Assembly (NCBI GenBank): GCA_964475855.1
Contig: CAYZAV010000001.1
Coordinates: 143,014 to 207,013, forward strand
DNA length: 64,000 nucleotides
Source of the DNA: an uncultured Candidatus Saccharibacteria bacterium
GTDB lineage: Bacteria > Patescibacteriota > Minisyncoccia > Minisyncoccales > Staskawiczbacteraceae
Reading direction: 5' to 3'
Positions within the stretch are counted from its first letter, which is position 1. Each line of letters starts with the position of its first letter. The translations under genes were made by a program, and so were the position numbers. Below, piece after piece: positions 8,047 through 17,757 of the stretch. The notes beneath the pieces are model-generated. The model saw only the letters and a program-made list of their open reading frames with translations, was not told the origin of the DNA and did not search any database.

Positions 8047-8931
8047 TTAAAAAACTATAGTGGACAAACGGTCGATTAAGGTGAAAAATCCCAATTCTTT
8101 AAACATCGTTTCCATTTTGGCTTTGTCAAAATTACCGAATTTGCAGGCTTCCAGATTAAAATCCATGTCCACATTTTTATCAGTGGTTACCAATTGTAAT
8201 GAAAGTAGCGCCTTGTCTTTGTTGGCTTTTAGCGCCTCTTTTACCTTAGGCTTAAGTACAGCCGTATCCGTTGCAATTTCAGCATACAAATTTTCAATCG
8301 TTCCGTAATTATTAATAATCTCTGCAGCTGTTGTTTTCCCAATGCCCGGCACGCCGGGAATATTATCTGAATTATCACCCGTCAGTGCCTTGAATTCATT
8401 CATCTGGTCAGGTCGCACCCCAAACCTTTCTATTACGCGCGGGGCGTCGTATATGACGCTCTCTTTTATTCCCTTGCCCATGGTATAGACATTTATATTT
8501 TCTTCCACTAATTGCAGGTTGTCCAAATCCCCGCTTAAGATAAATACTTTTGCCCCACCTTTTGCTTTTTGGGAAATGGTGGCAATTAGGTCGTCAGCCT
8601 CAAATCCCTCTTTTTCAAACATGGGAATGCCAAATACTTCAAGCACCTGTTTCATCATGGGCATCTGGGAAGCGATGCCATCGGGCATTTTCGCGCGGCC
8701 GGCTTTGTATTCCGCAAATTGTTCATGCCGGAAAGTTGGTTTTTTGGTGTCAAAACAGGCAACGATATGAGTAGCCTCAACATCCTTGATGGCTTTAAAC
8801 AAAATAAGTAAAAATCCATACACCGCGTTGGTTAGTTGGCCGTTTTTATTGGACAACGGCGGCAAAGCATGGAACGCCCTATATAATAGAGAGTGGCCGT
8901 CAATGATAATAAGACGCTTAACTTGATTCAT
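8047..8931 (-). CDS. Stand-alone 5'-3' exonuclease (Pol I N-terminal / FEN-like)
   Basis: IIIDGHSLLYRAFHA, GDNSDNIPGVPGIGKTTA. Confidence 0.85.
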   Translation of the reverse strand: MNQVKRLIIIDGHSLLYRAFHALPPLSNKNGQLTNAVYGFLLILFKAIKDVEATHIVACFDTKKPTFRHEQFAEYKAGRAKMPDGIASQMPMMKQVLEVFGIPMFEKEGFEADDLIATISQKAKGGAKVFILSGDLDNLQLVEENINVYTMGKGIKESVIYDAPRVIERFGVRPDQMNEFKALTGDNSDNIPGVPGIGKTTAAEIINNYGTIENLYAEIATDTAVLKPKVKEALKANKDKALLSLQLVTTDKNVDMDFNLEACKFGNFDKAKMETMFKELGFFTLIDRLSTIVF

Positions 8932-8975
8932 GATTTAGGATATAAGATTTACGAATTATACCACTAAAAAAACGA

Positions 8976-9005
8976 AATAAAAAAGCCTCCCTGATGCGGG
9001 AAGGC
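8976..9005 (-). terminator. Rho-independent terminator after the HD-domain gene
   Basis: On the minus strand, GCCTTCCC-GCATCA-GGGAGGC is followed by a T-run. Confidence 0.6.
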
Positions 9006-9012
9006 CTATCTG

Positions 9013-9816
9013 TTACATTGTCTCAACTTGCGTAATTAGCCACCAAAGGCCTTCTTCGCCAAGATTATCCAACACAATCTTCCTCCAGAGATTATAAAAG
9101 GTAAATTCAGTATCCTTGTGGATTGACTCGATGGTGTGGGGTTTTCCCAAATGCAGATAATTGCGACGGTGAAAGCGCATCGAATCAAGTAGCGCGCCGG
9201 GATTGGCAAAGATAGAATCGGTCCTACTCAAGAGTGGCTTGAGCAAAGGATATTTCTTGCCAAATTCTTTCAGCCTCGGGCCGTAACTCATGGCTGGCCT
9301 AAGGGCGAGCAAATTTCCGGCAAACAACTCATGCAGGCTTTCGCAGTAGGCATCAAGCTTATCGGCATAGCTTACCACCTGCGCCTCAACACAATCCTTC
9401 TGTAGGGCATGGTAAAGCAAACTCCCATAAAAATAATGCTTCCGCCCCAAGCTAAGCGTAGTTGGGGCATCGTCATCACTGGCCAAAAACCCAATCGCCT
9501 TGGCTTCATTATTGTGGACTTCGTTGAGTTCCGCGTCACTCATGGCTTCCTTGTGCCCAAGCTGGACATCGCCGGTAATCATTTCTGCATCGTCATGGAC
9601 AAGCGCCAAAATCTCGGCCTTGTCCGCATCGTAGCCCGGGATACTTTCGCCCGCAATTTTGGAAAGTTCACGGGTGATAAAGTACACCCGCAAGCTGTGC
9701 TGCCAGAGCGAAGAACGGTACAAAAAAACTTCAGCAATCGAGAAACGCTTGATAGAACGGAGCTTTTGCTCGCGATCAGCGCCAAACCGGCCAGTAATCT
9801 TTTTGTAATCGCCCAT
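9013..9816 (-). CDS. HD-domain phosphohydrolase
   Basis: LWQHSLRV...LVHDDAEMITGD contains the H...HD...D motif series. Confidence 0.65.
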   Translation of the reverse strand: MGDYKKITGRFGADREQKLRSIKRFSIAEVFLYRSSLWQHSLRVYFITRELSKIAGESIPGYDADKAEILALVHDDAEMITGDVQLGHKEAMSDAELNEVHNNEAKAIGFLASDDDAPTTLSLGRKHYFYGSLLYHALQKDCVEAQVVSYADKLDAYCESLHELFAGNLLALRPAMSYGPRLKEFGKKYPLLKPLLSRTDSIFANPGALLDSMRFHRRNYLHLGKPHTIESIHKDTEFTFYNLWRKIVLDNLGEEGLWWLITQVETM

Positions 9817-9877
9817 ACTATCCCCCTTTTAAGAATGGTACTATTAAGGTTCTACGCGTAGGACATAGTATAGAGTA

Positions 9878-10303
9878 CTATGAACTAACTGTCAATTCCC
9901 GTTTGTTTTCCTCTAGGTGCGTAAACTGAATCGAAATAATTTCTTTGGGCAACAATCCGGCAATTTTCTCTGGCCATTCAATGGCAATAATATTATGCGG
10001 ATTTTTTAGTATTTCTTCAAAACCAAGCTGTAAAATATCTTTTGGTTCATCTAGCCGATAACAATCAATATGATAAAAATTCTTAAATCTTTTTAAAATA
10101 ACAAACGTTGGACTGTTAACTACTTCACTGATTCCAAGCCCACGCGCAAAACCCTGTAAAAATGTTGTTTTTCCTGCTCCCAGGTCCCCACTCAAGGCCA
10201 AAACAACCGCGGATTTCCCTGGTTTTTTTCGCAGGATTTTCTTGGCAAATTCTGCAGCGATTTCTTGCGTCTCTTGTGCGCCAGTTGTTATATATTTGTC
10301 CAC
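9878..10303 (-). CDS. tsaE: tRNA t6A biosynthesis ATPase TsaE
   Basis: LSGDLGAGKTTFLQGFARGLG...SPTF...YHIDCYRL; GTG start. Confidence 0.85.
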   Translation of the reverse strand: MDKYITTGAQETQEIAAEFAKKILRKKPGKSAVVLALSGDLGAGKTTFLQGFARGLGISEVVNSPTFVILKRFKNFYHIDCYRLDEPKDILQLGFEEILKNPHNIIAIEWPEKIAGLLPKEIISIQFTHLEENKRELTVSS

Positions 10304-10338
10304 TTGCTTTATTTAATGAAATACTATAGTTTGAAACC

Positions 10339-11106
10339 ATGTACGACGAAGCAAAAAAACTTATCAGTGAATCTAAAAATATCTGCATTGTGCCCGCCCA
10401 AACCCATGAGCCACAAAGCTTAGCTGCTACTTTGGCTCTTTTTTATACGTTACGCGAAATGGGCAAAAATGTAAACGTGATTTCTGATGAATTCCCCGAA
10501 ATACTGCGATTTTTGGTGCCACCACTGGATTTTATCTCCGCCCCGAAAAATCTTGTCATCTCCATCCCGCGCACCAGCGCCGATGTTTCTCAAATTTACT
10601 ATGAAAAGGGCGAGGAAAGCCTTAAAATCCATCTGACCGTTGACCGGGGCCGGGTCAAAAAAGAAGACTTGTTACTCTATTTTGAAAATGCCAAACCCGA
10701 TGCCGTTATCACTCTTGGCATTCAAAATTTCAGGACAGAGCTGGAACACAAACTGGATTCATATGGCTTTTTACTGGACGCGCCCATCATCAATATTGAT
10801 ACCAATACCGATAACGTAAAATTCGGACAGGTTAACCTGGTTTCAAAAACATCAATCTCTGAAACAGTGCTTGATATTATTAACGCCATGGGTGCCACCA
10901 TCACCAAAGAAGCGGCTGATTGCCTGCTAACCGGACTTACGTTGCAGTATGAAAATTTTCAAAATCCCTCAACAACCCCGGAAGTATTTGAGCGGTGCGC
11001 CTTATTAATGAAACATGGCGCCGATCGTAAAAATATTATCAACCATTTGTACCTATCGCCCCAAAAAGAGACTTCTATCATGAAAGAAACTGTGATTGAA
11101 GCATAA
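10339..11106 (+). CDS. DHH-family-like protein with degenerate catalytic motifs
   Basis: The layout resembles the NrnA DHH domain, but the expected DHH position reads DTN (INIDTNTDNVKFG) and the motif I aspartates are absent. Confidence 0.4.
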   Translation: MYDEAKKLISESKNICIVPAQTHEPQSLAATLALFYTLREMGKNVNVISDEFPEILRFLVPPLDFISAPKNLVISIPRTSADVSQIYYEKGEESLKIHLTVDRGRVKKEDLLLYFENAKPDAVITLGIQNFRTELEHKLDSYGFLLDAPIINIDTNTDNVKFGQVNLVSKTSISETVLDIINAMGATITKEAADCLLTGLTLQYENFQNPSTTPEVFERCALLMKHGADRKNIINHLYLSPQKETSIMKETVIEA

Positions 11107-11115
11107 TAATATATC

Positions 11116-12438
11116 ATGGAAGAAACAGCACCAAAAAAACTATTGGGCTCCGTCACTATCTCTCCGGAAATTGCCGACGATGTCCAAAAAAATATCAGCA
11201 ACATCGCCCAATTTTCCAAAAAAATAGAGGAGTACGCCGCCCAAAGCACTACCAACTTATTGGACATAATTTTATTTGGCGCCATCCATTTACAAGTTTC
11301 CGATATCCATATTGAGCCGCAAAATGACAGTATCCGGTTGCGCACGCGCATTGATGGCGTATTGCAGGATACCGCCCAATTTGACACCGCTATTTACCAT
11401 AATTTATTAAGCAGGATAAAACTGCTTAGCAAGATAAAACTTAATATTACCGATAAACCACAAGACGGCCGGTTTTCCATTGCTGTTGGCGATGCGCTGG
11501 TTGAAATAAGAACCTCGAACTTACCGGCCGAATACGGCGAAGCAGTGGTAATGCGGGTACTTAACCCAAAAAACTTCATGGAACTTGAGGCGCTTGGCTT
11601 GAGAAAAGATTTATACGAAGTATTTGAAAAAGAGGTTAAAAAACCCAATGGTATGATTGTGGTAACTGGGCCAACAGGATCGGGAAAAACCACCACCCTG
11701 TACGCGTTTTTAATGAAAATCCAAAACCCGGAAATGAAAATTGTGACTATTGAAGATCCGATTGAATACCACCTAAAAGGCGTTTCACAAACCCAGGTTT
11801 CCCCCGAAAAAGGCTATACATTTTCTGAAGGGTTGCGCTCCATTGTCCGCCAAGACCCGGATGTTATTTTAATCGGTGAAATCCGTGATTTAGAAACAGC
11901 CAAAATTGCCCTGCAAGCTTCACTGACCGGGCATTTGGTGTTGTCCACCCTGCATACCAATGATGCTGCCGGCACTATTCCCCGCCTAGTTGATTTGGGC
12001 GAACAGCCTTCAAGCATCGCCCCGGCCCTGAAAATGGCGGTTGGCCAGCGACTGGTCAGGAAAGTATGTAAAAAATGTTCCGTGTTGACCGCGCCAAGCA
12101 AAGAAGAATTAGCTGAAATAAAAAAAGGGCTTGCCAAGTTACCCAAGCACATTGAGCTTCCCGCTGATTTGGCAAAAGTAAAAATCGCCAAAGCTTCAGA
12201 AAAAGGTTGCGAAGATTGCAACTTCACCGGATATCGCGGCCGCAAAGGGTTGTATGAATTATTCTTAGTTGATGATGAGATGGAACGCTTTATTTTAACC
12301 AACCCGCCCGTTTCAAAAATAAAAGAATTGCTGGTAAAAAAAGGCATGGTCACCCTGTGGCAATCCGGTTTAATTGAAGTGGTGGAGGGAAACACGACTA
12401 TGGAAGAGGTGAAGAAGGTAGTAGAAGCGGACGAGTAA
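11116..12438 (+). CDS. GspE/PilB-family secretion ATPase
   Basis: Walker A GPTGSGKTTT, ILIGEIRD, LSTLHTNDA, and a tetracysteine CKKC...CEDC. Confidence 0.85.
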   Translation: MEETAPKKLLGSVTISPEIADDVQKNISNIAQFSKKIEEYAAQSTTNLLDIILFGAIHLQVSDIHIEPQNDSIRLRTRIDGVLQDTAQFDTAIYHNLLSRIKLLSKIKLNITDKPQDGRFSIAVGDALVEIRTSNLPAEYGEAVVMRVLNPKNFMELEALGLRKDLYEVFEKEVKKPNGMIVVTGPTGSGKTTTLYAFLMKIQNPEMKIVTIEDPIEYHLKGVSQTQVSPEKGYTFSEGLRSIVRQDPDVILIGEIRDLETAKIALQASLTGHLVLSTLHTNDAAGTIPRLVDLGEQPSSIAPALKMAVGQRLVRKVCKKCSVLTAPSKEELAEIKKGLAKLPKHIELPADLAKVKIAKASEKGCEDCNFTGYRGRKGLYELFLVDDEMERFILTNPPVSKIKELLVKKGMVTLWQSGLIEVVEGNTTMEEVKKVVEADE

Positions 12439-12449
12439 TTTTATAACAA

Positions 12450-12587
12450 AAAAACAGCTCGGGAGTTGGAGGAGCATGCTATCTGGGATAGCAGTAAAGG
12501 TTTTCCTGAGGAATAGTTGAGCCGGAGCAAAACTATCCATAAACTAAAGAAAACCCATATAAGACCTCCAACTCCTGAGCTGTTTTT
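12450..12587 (+). other. 138-nt structured element closed by a 23-bp inverted repeat
   Basis: 12450-12472 equals the reverse complement of 12565-12587 at 22/23 positions. Inner hairpins lie at 12477-12493 and 12510-12538. The element ends in TTTTT. Confidence 0.5.
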
Positions 12588-12633
12588 ATCCCTTATTTAC
12601 CCAATATCTTCATTATATCACCCCATACTTTAT

Positions 12634-13644
12634 ATGTCAAGCATATTAGGCAAAAATACGCTTCCCTCCGAAGAATTGCTAGATTCGGCCCTGCGGCCAA
12701 AAACCTGGTCAGACTACGTCGGTCAGGAAAATATCAAGGAAAATTTGAAGGTTATTTTAACCGCCGCCAAGCAACGCAACCAATCCCCGGACCATTTGTT
12801 GTTATATGGCAACTCCGGGCTTGGCAAAACCACCCTGGCCTATTTAGTTGCTTTAGAAATGGGCAAGAAAATCCGCATTACCACCGGCCCGGCTATTGAA
12901 CGGGCAGGAGACTTGGCCGCCATTTTAACTAATTTACAAGAAGGCGACGTGTTGTTTCTGGACGAAATTCACCGCCTCCACAAAACGGTGGAAGAATACA
13001 TTTACCCGGCCATGGAGGAGTATAAACTGAATTTGATTTTAGGCAAAGGGCCGATGGCGCGGACCATGGAATTAAAACTCCCGCACTTTACCCTGATTGG
13101 TGCCACTACGCGGCCGGGATTACTCTCCGCCCCACTGCGAAACCGTTTTGGCGCCACCTTCCAGTTGAATTTTTACAAACCCGAAGACATTGAAAAAATT
13201 GTCCTGCGTTCTGCCAGGATTTTGGGCGTGCAAATTAATTCCGATGCCGTCCAGATTATTGCCCGACGGTCTCGCTTCACACCTCGCGTTGCCAACCGGC
13301 TGATAAAACGGGTGCGGGATTTTGCTCAAGTGGAAGGGCTGGATGTGATTACTAAAGAAATTACCGAACACGCCTTAACTTCCCTGGAAGTTGACCACGC
13401 GGGCCTCGAGCCGGGCGACATAAAAATACTGCAGGCTATGATTGAAAAATTTGACGGCGGGCCAGTTGGACTGCAATCATTGGCGGCCGCCGCACTGGAA
13501 GAAGAAGACACTATTTTAGACATGTACGAACCTTATTTAATGCAATGCGGATTTATTGAACGCACCCCAAAAGGCCGCGTGGCTTCACGCTTGGCCTATG
13601 AACATTTAGGAGTACCATACAATAAACAGCATAATTTAATATAA
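12634..13644 (+). CDS. ruvB: Holliday junction helicase RuvB
   Basis: [39 protein letters not shown]. The track start at 12517 runs through the structured element. Confidence 0.9.
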   Translation: MSSILGKNTLPSEELLDSALRPKTWSDYVGQENIKENLKVILTAAKQRNQSPDHLLLYGNSGLGKTTLAYLVALEMGKKIRITTGPAIERAGDLAAILTNLQEGDVLFLDEIHRLHKTVEEYIYPAMEEYKLNLILGKGPMARTMELKLPHFTLIGATTRPGLLSAPLRNRFGATFQLNFYKPEDIEKIVLRSARILGVQINSDAVQIIARRSRFTPRVANRLIKRVRDFAQVEGLDVITKEITEHALTSLEVDHAGLEPGDIKILQAMIEKFDGGPVGLQSLAAAALEEEDTILDMYEPYLMQCGFIERTPKGRVASRLAYEHLGVPYNKQHNLI

Positions 13645-13656
13645 AACACTTTGTAA

Positions 13657-13688
13657 TAAAAAACCGCCTAATTTAATGGCGGTTTTTC
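13657..13688. terminator. Bidirectional terminator between ruvB and pyk
   Basis: AAAAAACCGCC-loop-GGCGGTTTTT. Confidence 0.75.
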
Positions 13689-13702
13689 GTTACAGCGAAA
13701 GA

Positions 13703-14725
13703 CTAGCTCGCCCAGTAGTTCATTTTATTGTAGTATTCGTCAGCCCGGTCAATGATTTTTTTCATCGTCACTACACATTCAAGGGGAAATTTTCCCACTG
13801 ATGTTTCATCAGAAAGCATCAGAGTATCCGCTCCGTCAAACACGGCATTAGCCACATCGGTTACTTCGGCATAGGTTGGATGCGCTTTTTCCACCATAGA
13901 AAGCATCATCTGGGTAGCAACCATGGCAGATTTTTTGTGCCAGTGGGCGTGCCTGATCAGTTCTTTTTGTAAAATAGGTAATTCCTCTAAAGGCATTTCA
14001 ATTCCCAGATCCCCGCGGGCGATCATGATACCATCAGATTCCCGGATAATTTTATCAATAGAAGGCATGGCAGTTCCACGCTCAATTTTGGCAATAATCT
14101 TGATATTTGGCCCGATGATTTTGCGCAGCTTGATAATATCCTGTTCGCTCTGCACAAACGAAAGTCCCATGTAGTCAACACCGACAGAAGCTCCAAATGC
14201 CGCGTCCTTCTCATCTTTTGGCGTCAAACCCCCGCTAGACAAATTGGTCTTTGGAAGGTTGATTCCCTTTTTACTGCTCAATAATCCCCCGCGTTCAACG
14301 GTGGCATAAATTTTTCCATTTTCGATTTTGGTAATAGCTAATTCAATAGCACCGTTTACCAAATAAAACGGGTGGCCGATTTCTAAGTCGTCGATTAACT
14401 CCTTGCTGTCAATCGGAATACAGGTTTTATCGCCAGCTTCACACTTGTCAAAAGAAAAGGTATATTCTTCACCCTCTTTCATGTGGATCTCTTCAGGAAG
14501 AACGCCCACGCGGATCCTTGGCCCACATAAATCTTGGAACACTTTTACATCCAAACCTGTTTCTTCTTTGATTTTTTTGACGTTTTCTTTAAGTTCCAAT
14601 AATTGCTCATTGGAGGCGTGTGCAAAATTAAGCCGGGCAGTATCCATACCAGCCAACGCCATTTTTTTTAACAACTCATAATCTCCTGACCGCTGTCCCA
14701 CATTTGCTACAATTTTTGGATTCAT
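13703..14725 (-). CDS. pyk: Pyruvate kinase, short form (A+B domains only)
   Basis: ARLNFAHAS, IIAKIE, IMIARGDLGIEMP. It is 340 aa versus about 470 aa for canonical enzymes. Confidence 0.85.
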   Translation of the reverse strand: MNPKIVANVGQRSGDYELLKKMALAGMDTARLNFAHASNEQLLELKENVKKIKEETGLDVKVFQDLCGPRIRVGVLPEEIHMKEGEEYTFSFDKCEAGDKTCIPIDSKELIDDLEIGHPFYLVNGAIELAITKIENGKIYATVERGGLLSSKKGINLPKTNLSSGGLTPKDEKDAAFGASVGVDYMGLSFVQSEQDIIKLRKIIGPNIKIIAKIERGTAMPSIDKIIRESDGIMIARGDLGIEMPLEELPILQKELIRHAHWHKKSAMVATQMMLSMVEKAHPTYAEVTDVANAVFDGADTLMLSDETSVGKFPLECVVTMKKIIDRADEYYNKMNYWAS

Positions 14726-14898
14726 AAGATATTAACCTTTTAATATATAAGGGGATTATACGGTATAGTGAGTAAAATTACAATACACCACGTCTGTATA
14801 ATTTGACAAATAGCAAGATACCACTGCAACACACAACTACCACTTGTGGCGATTTTTTTCTGTATTGGATATAATTAAAGAAGTCATAGAAATTCTTT

Positions 14899-16092
14899 AT
14901 GAAAAAAGCATTTATTATTATTGTCGCCATTATTGCCACTGGGTGTTTTAGTCCGTTTGTCAGTGCCGCTAACCCTTCCGATGTGGTTATCAATGAAATC
15001 GCCTGGATGGGAACGGCCGACTCCGCCAATGACGAGTGGCTGGAGTTAAAAAATAGTACCAATGAAGTCATAAAATTGGACAGTTGGCTACTTAAAACTA
15101 CGGACGGGAAAATGAAATTATATTTAACCGGCCAAATTGCGCCCCATGGCTTTTATCTGCTTGAGCGTACGGATGACAGTTCTGTTCCCGAAGTTAAAGC
15201 TGATTTTATATACACCGGCGCATTAAGTAATACCGGGCAATCACTGGAACTATACCAAAATTCAAGCACCCTGATTGACAGCATCAGCTTTTCCTCAAAG
15301 TGGCCGGCCGGAGACAACGCCACCAAAAAAACTATGGAAAAAGTTGGGAATGATTGGCAAACAAGCAAGGAACCCGGAGGAACTCCTGGAATGGAAAATC
15401 AGAAATCACAAGCACCAAATCCAAAACAAACCCAAAATACAAATGACCAAAAATTTAAAACTGAACCGGAAATAATAATATCGTATCCAGTAGGGATTAT
15501 TATCAATGAAGTATTACCCTCTCCGGAGGGTGCGGATGAAACTAATGAGTGGATTGAATTTAAAAACACCACTGCCACATCTATTAATATTTCCGGCTGG
15601 AAGTTACAAGATGCCGACGGCACCAAAACGGCATATGTGTTTCCTGAAAATTCAATCGTGTCAGCTAATGGATATTTGGTGGCAAAACGGCCCCAAACTA
15701 ATATTACGCTCAACAACGACCAGGATTCATTGCAATTAGTATTTCCCAACGGCATCATGGCTGATAGCATGTCCTATGGCAAAGCCAGTGCTAACCGATC
15801 ATACAATAAAACTGCTTCACAATGGCAATGGAGTAGTACTCAAACTCCAGGAAAAGCCAATGTAATTACCTTGGCAGCCGCCAAAAAAACATTGCCAAGC
15901 GCTAAAAAATCTGATATCAACAGTACTGTAGTAGCAAATACGTCCGTCGCGCCCAATCCATTTTTGGCCGAATTACCAAAAGAAACGGTAACCACCTCAA
16001 ACCCCTGGATGATATTTTTTATTGCTTTGGGGTTGGCTATTGTTTCAGCCGCCGCCATACTTTATATAAAATTATTTAGAAAAGCGAATTAA
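14899..16092 (+). CDS. Secreted protein with two lamin-tail domains and a C-terminal TM anchor
   Basis: Signal peptide, two copies of the I(I/V)NE(I/V)...NEW(L/I)E(L/F)KN motif, and a C-terminal hydrophobic helix followed by FRKAN. Confidence 0.7.
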   Translation: MKKAFIIIVAIIATGCFSPFVSAANPSDVVINEIAWMGTADSANDEWLELKNSTNEVIKLDSWLLKTTDGKMKLYLTGQIAPHGFYLLERTDDSSVPEVKADFIYTGALSNTGQSLELYQNSSTLIDSISFSSKWPAGDNATKKTMEKVGNDWQTSKEPGGTPGMENQKSQAPNPKQTQNTNDQKFKTEPEIIISYPVGIIINEVLPSPEGADETNEWIEFKNTTATSINISGWKLQDADGTKTAYVFPENSIVSANGYLVAKRPQTNITLNNDQDSLQLVFPNGIMADSMSYGKASANRSYNKTASQWQWSSTQTPGKANVITLAAAKKTLPSAKKSDINSTVVANTSVAPNPFLAELPKETVTTSNPWMIFFIALGLAIVSAAAILYIKLFRKAN

Positions 16093-16199
16093 GGTATCCC
16101 GCGAAAAAATAAGGTATCCAGCGGAAATCAGGCCGCAAGGTATACGATATAATTAAGCCTGATTTCCGAGGTGATTTTATTCGCCTCGCTCATAAAATC

Positions 16200-16919
16200 A
16201 TGTCTGGCCATAGTCATGCAAAAACCGTCGCGGCTACCAAAAACGCCAACGACGCCAAAAAGGGGAAGATCTTTTCCAAAATGGGAAGGGTAATCACCAT
16301 TGCCGCCAAACAGGGTGGCGGGGATCCAACTAGTAATATCCAACTCAAAGCCGCCATTGAAAAAGCCAAGGAGTTTAATATGCCCAAGGAAAATATTGAA
16401 CGGGCTATAAAAAAAGGTACGGGCGAGCTGGTGGGCGAAAATTTGGAAGAAGTTTCTTTTGAGGCATTGGGATTGGGTGGTATTGCCATTATTATTGAAG
16501 GTATTACGGATAATAAAAACCGGACGCTCGGGGAAATAAAAAGCATTGTAGGCCAGCACTATGCAAAAATGGCGGGCGAAGGAGCAGTGCGTTGGATGTT
16601 TGAAAGAAAAGGGTTGATAATCCTACTCATAGGAAATAAACCGCAAGAAGAGCTGGAATCAGCCGCCATAGAAGCCGGCGCCGATGATGTAAAACTGATA
16701 GGTGACATACTACAGATATATACCAAGCCTGAAGATTTTGAAGCGGTTAAAAAATCCTTGCAAGAAAAACAACTGACCATTGATTCTGCTTCAATATTAT
16801 GGGCACCAAAAGAAGAAATTACCCTGGAAGAAAAAGATACATTAAAAATCCAAGCATTATTTGAAGCGCTAGATGAAAACGACGCCATCCAGGATATATA
16901 TTCGAATTTAAAAAATTAA
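16200..16919 (+). CDS. yebC: YebC/PmpR-family transcriptional regulator
   Basis: MSGHSHAKTVAATKNANDAKKGKIFSK... Confidence 0.9.
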   Translation: MSGHSHAKTVAATKNANDAKKGKIFSKMGRVITIAAKQGGGDPTSNIQLKAAIEKAKEFNMPKENIERAIKKGTGELVGENLEEVSFEALGLGGIAIIIEGITDNKNRTLGEIKSIVGQHYAKMAGEGAVRWMFERKGLIILLIGNKPQEELESAAIEAGADDVKLIGDILQIYTKPEDFEAVKKSLQEKQLTIDSASILWAPKEEITLEEKDTLKIQALFEALDENDAIQDIYSNLKN

Positions 16920-17443
16920 TGATCATCCTTGGAATTGACCCAGGAACGGCTATTACCGGCTATGGTGTTATCCAAACCAAGCAGCCAAAACACATAGCCC
17001 AAGACCGGAACGAAAAACCCACCGTGATTGATTTTGGCTGTATTACTACCCTATCAACCAGCCTGCCCGGAGACCGCCTGGTCAGCATCCACGAGGAAAT
17101 AAACAAATTGATAGACAAGCACAGCCCCGACATTATTTCCGTGGAAAGTTTGTTCTTTTTTAAAAACCTAAAAACCGCTATGCCCGTCAGTCAGGCTAAG
17201 GGAGTAATTTTATTCACCGCCGCCAAAAAAAACATCCCCATTGTGGAATTTACGCCACTGCAAGTAAAAATGACGGTAGTGGGATATGGCCGGGCTGAAA
17301 AAAAACAGGTACAGGCGATGACCAAGCAGTTACTGGATTTGAGTCGGTTTGATGAAAAACAAAAAAGCCGAAAAAAAGATGATGCGTCCGATGCTTTGGG
17401 CATTGCCCTTTGTGCCATGTTTTCACATACGCTTAAGTTATAA
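16919..17443 (+). CDS. ruvC: Crossover junction endodeoxyribonuclease RuvC
   Basis: MIILGIDPGTAITGYGVI...; the ATG overlaps the yebC stop. Confidence 0.85.
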   Translation: MIILGIDPGTAITGYGVIQTKQPKHIAQDRNEKPTVIDFGCITTLSTSLPGDRLVSIHEEINKLIDKHSPDIISVESLFFFKNLKTAMPVSQAKGVILFTAAKKNIPIVEFTPLQVKMTVVGYGRAEKKQVQAMTKQLLDLSRFDEKQKSRKKDDASDALGIALCAMFSHTLKL

Positions 17444-17455
17444 ACAATCAAAGGC

Positions 17456-17483
17456 TTGACAATAGCTTGTGAAAAAATATAAT
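17456..17483 (+). promoter_or_regulatory. Near-consensus promoter TTGACA-16-TATAAT
   Basis: TTGACA at 17456-17461 and TATAAT at 17478-17483. Confidence 0.65.
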
Positions 17484-17505
17484 AGGGAAATATATAAACT
17501 TTAAC

Positions 17506-17569
17506 AGCGTCTAGCGGATAGCGTCTAGGGTCTAGTAAAAACTAAACCCTAAACCCTGAACGCTAAACC
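17506..17569 (+). repeat. Oligo-repeat hairpin (GCGTCTAG / CTAAACC units)
   Basis: 17521-17535 pairs with the 17548-17569 region at about 12/15 positions. Confidence 0.45.
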
Positions 17570-17578
17570 TTAACTATA

Positions 17579-17740
17579 GTGGAAGAGGATTTTCTAACCA
17601 CATTAAACCAGGCTGATGACTTCGAGGACGACCCGAATTCCATTGACGATAATGAAGAGGAGGAAGAAGAAAAATTAGAAGAAGAGGAAGAGGCTGATGA
17701 CGCAGAAGAAGATAGCATAATGGCCGACGAAGAAGAATAA
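17579..17740 (+). CDS. Possible 53-aa hyper-acidic micro-protein
   Basis: GTG start with no clear RBS. The product VEEDFLTTLNQADDFEDDPNSIDDNEEEEEEKLEEEEEADDAEEDSIMADEEE sits between a strong promoter and a terminator. The minus-strand track ORF 17574..17756 is its shadow. Confidence 0.3.
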   Translation: MEEDFLTTLNQADDFEDDPNSIDDNEEEEEEKLEEEEEADDAEEDSIMADEEE

Positions 17741-17757
17741 TCGACACACCTATCAAT

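Noticed and set aside
8951-8961. The 11-mer AATTCGTAAAT (reverse complement) shared with the cassette A arm, upstream of the 5'-3' exonuclease gene.
   Set aside because: It is too short to be significant. It overlaps a plausible TATAAT promoter element, and no inverted partner is nearby.
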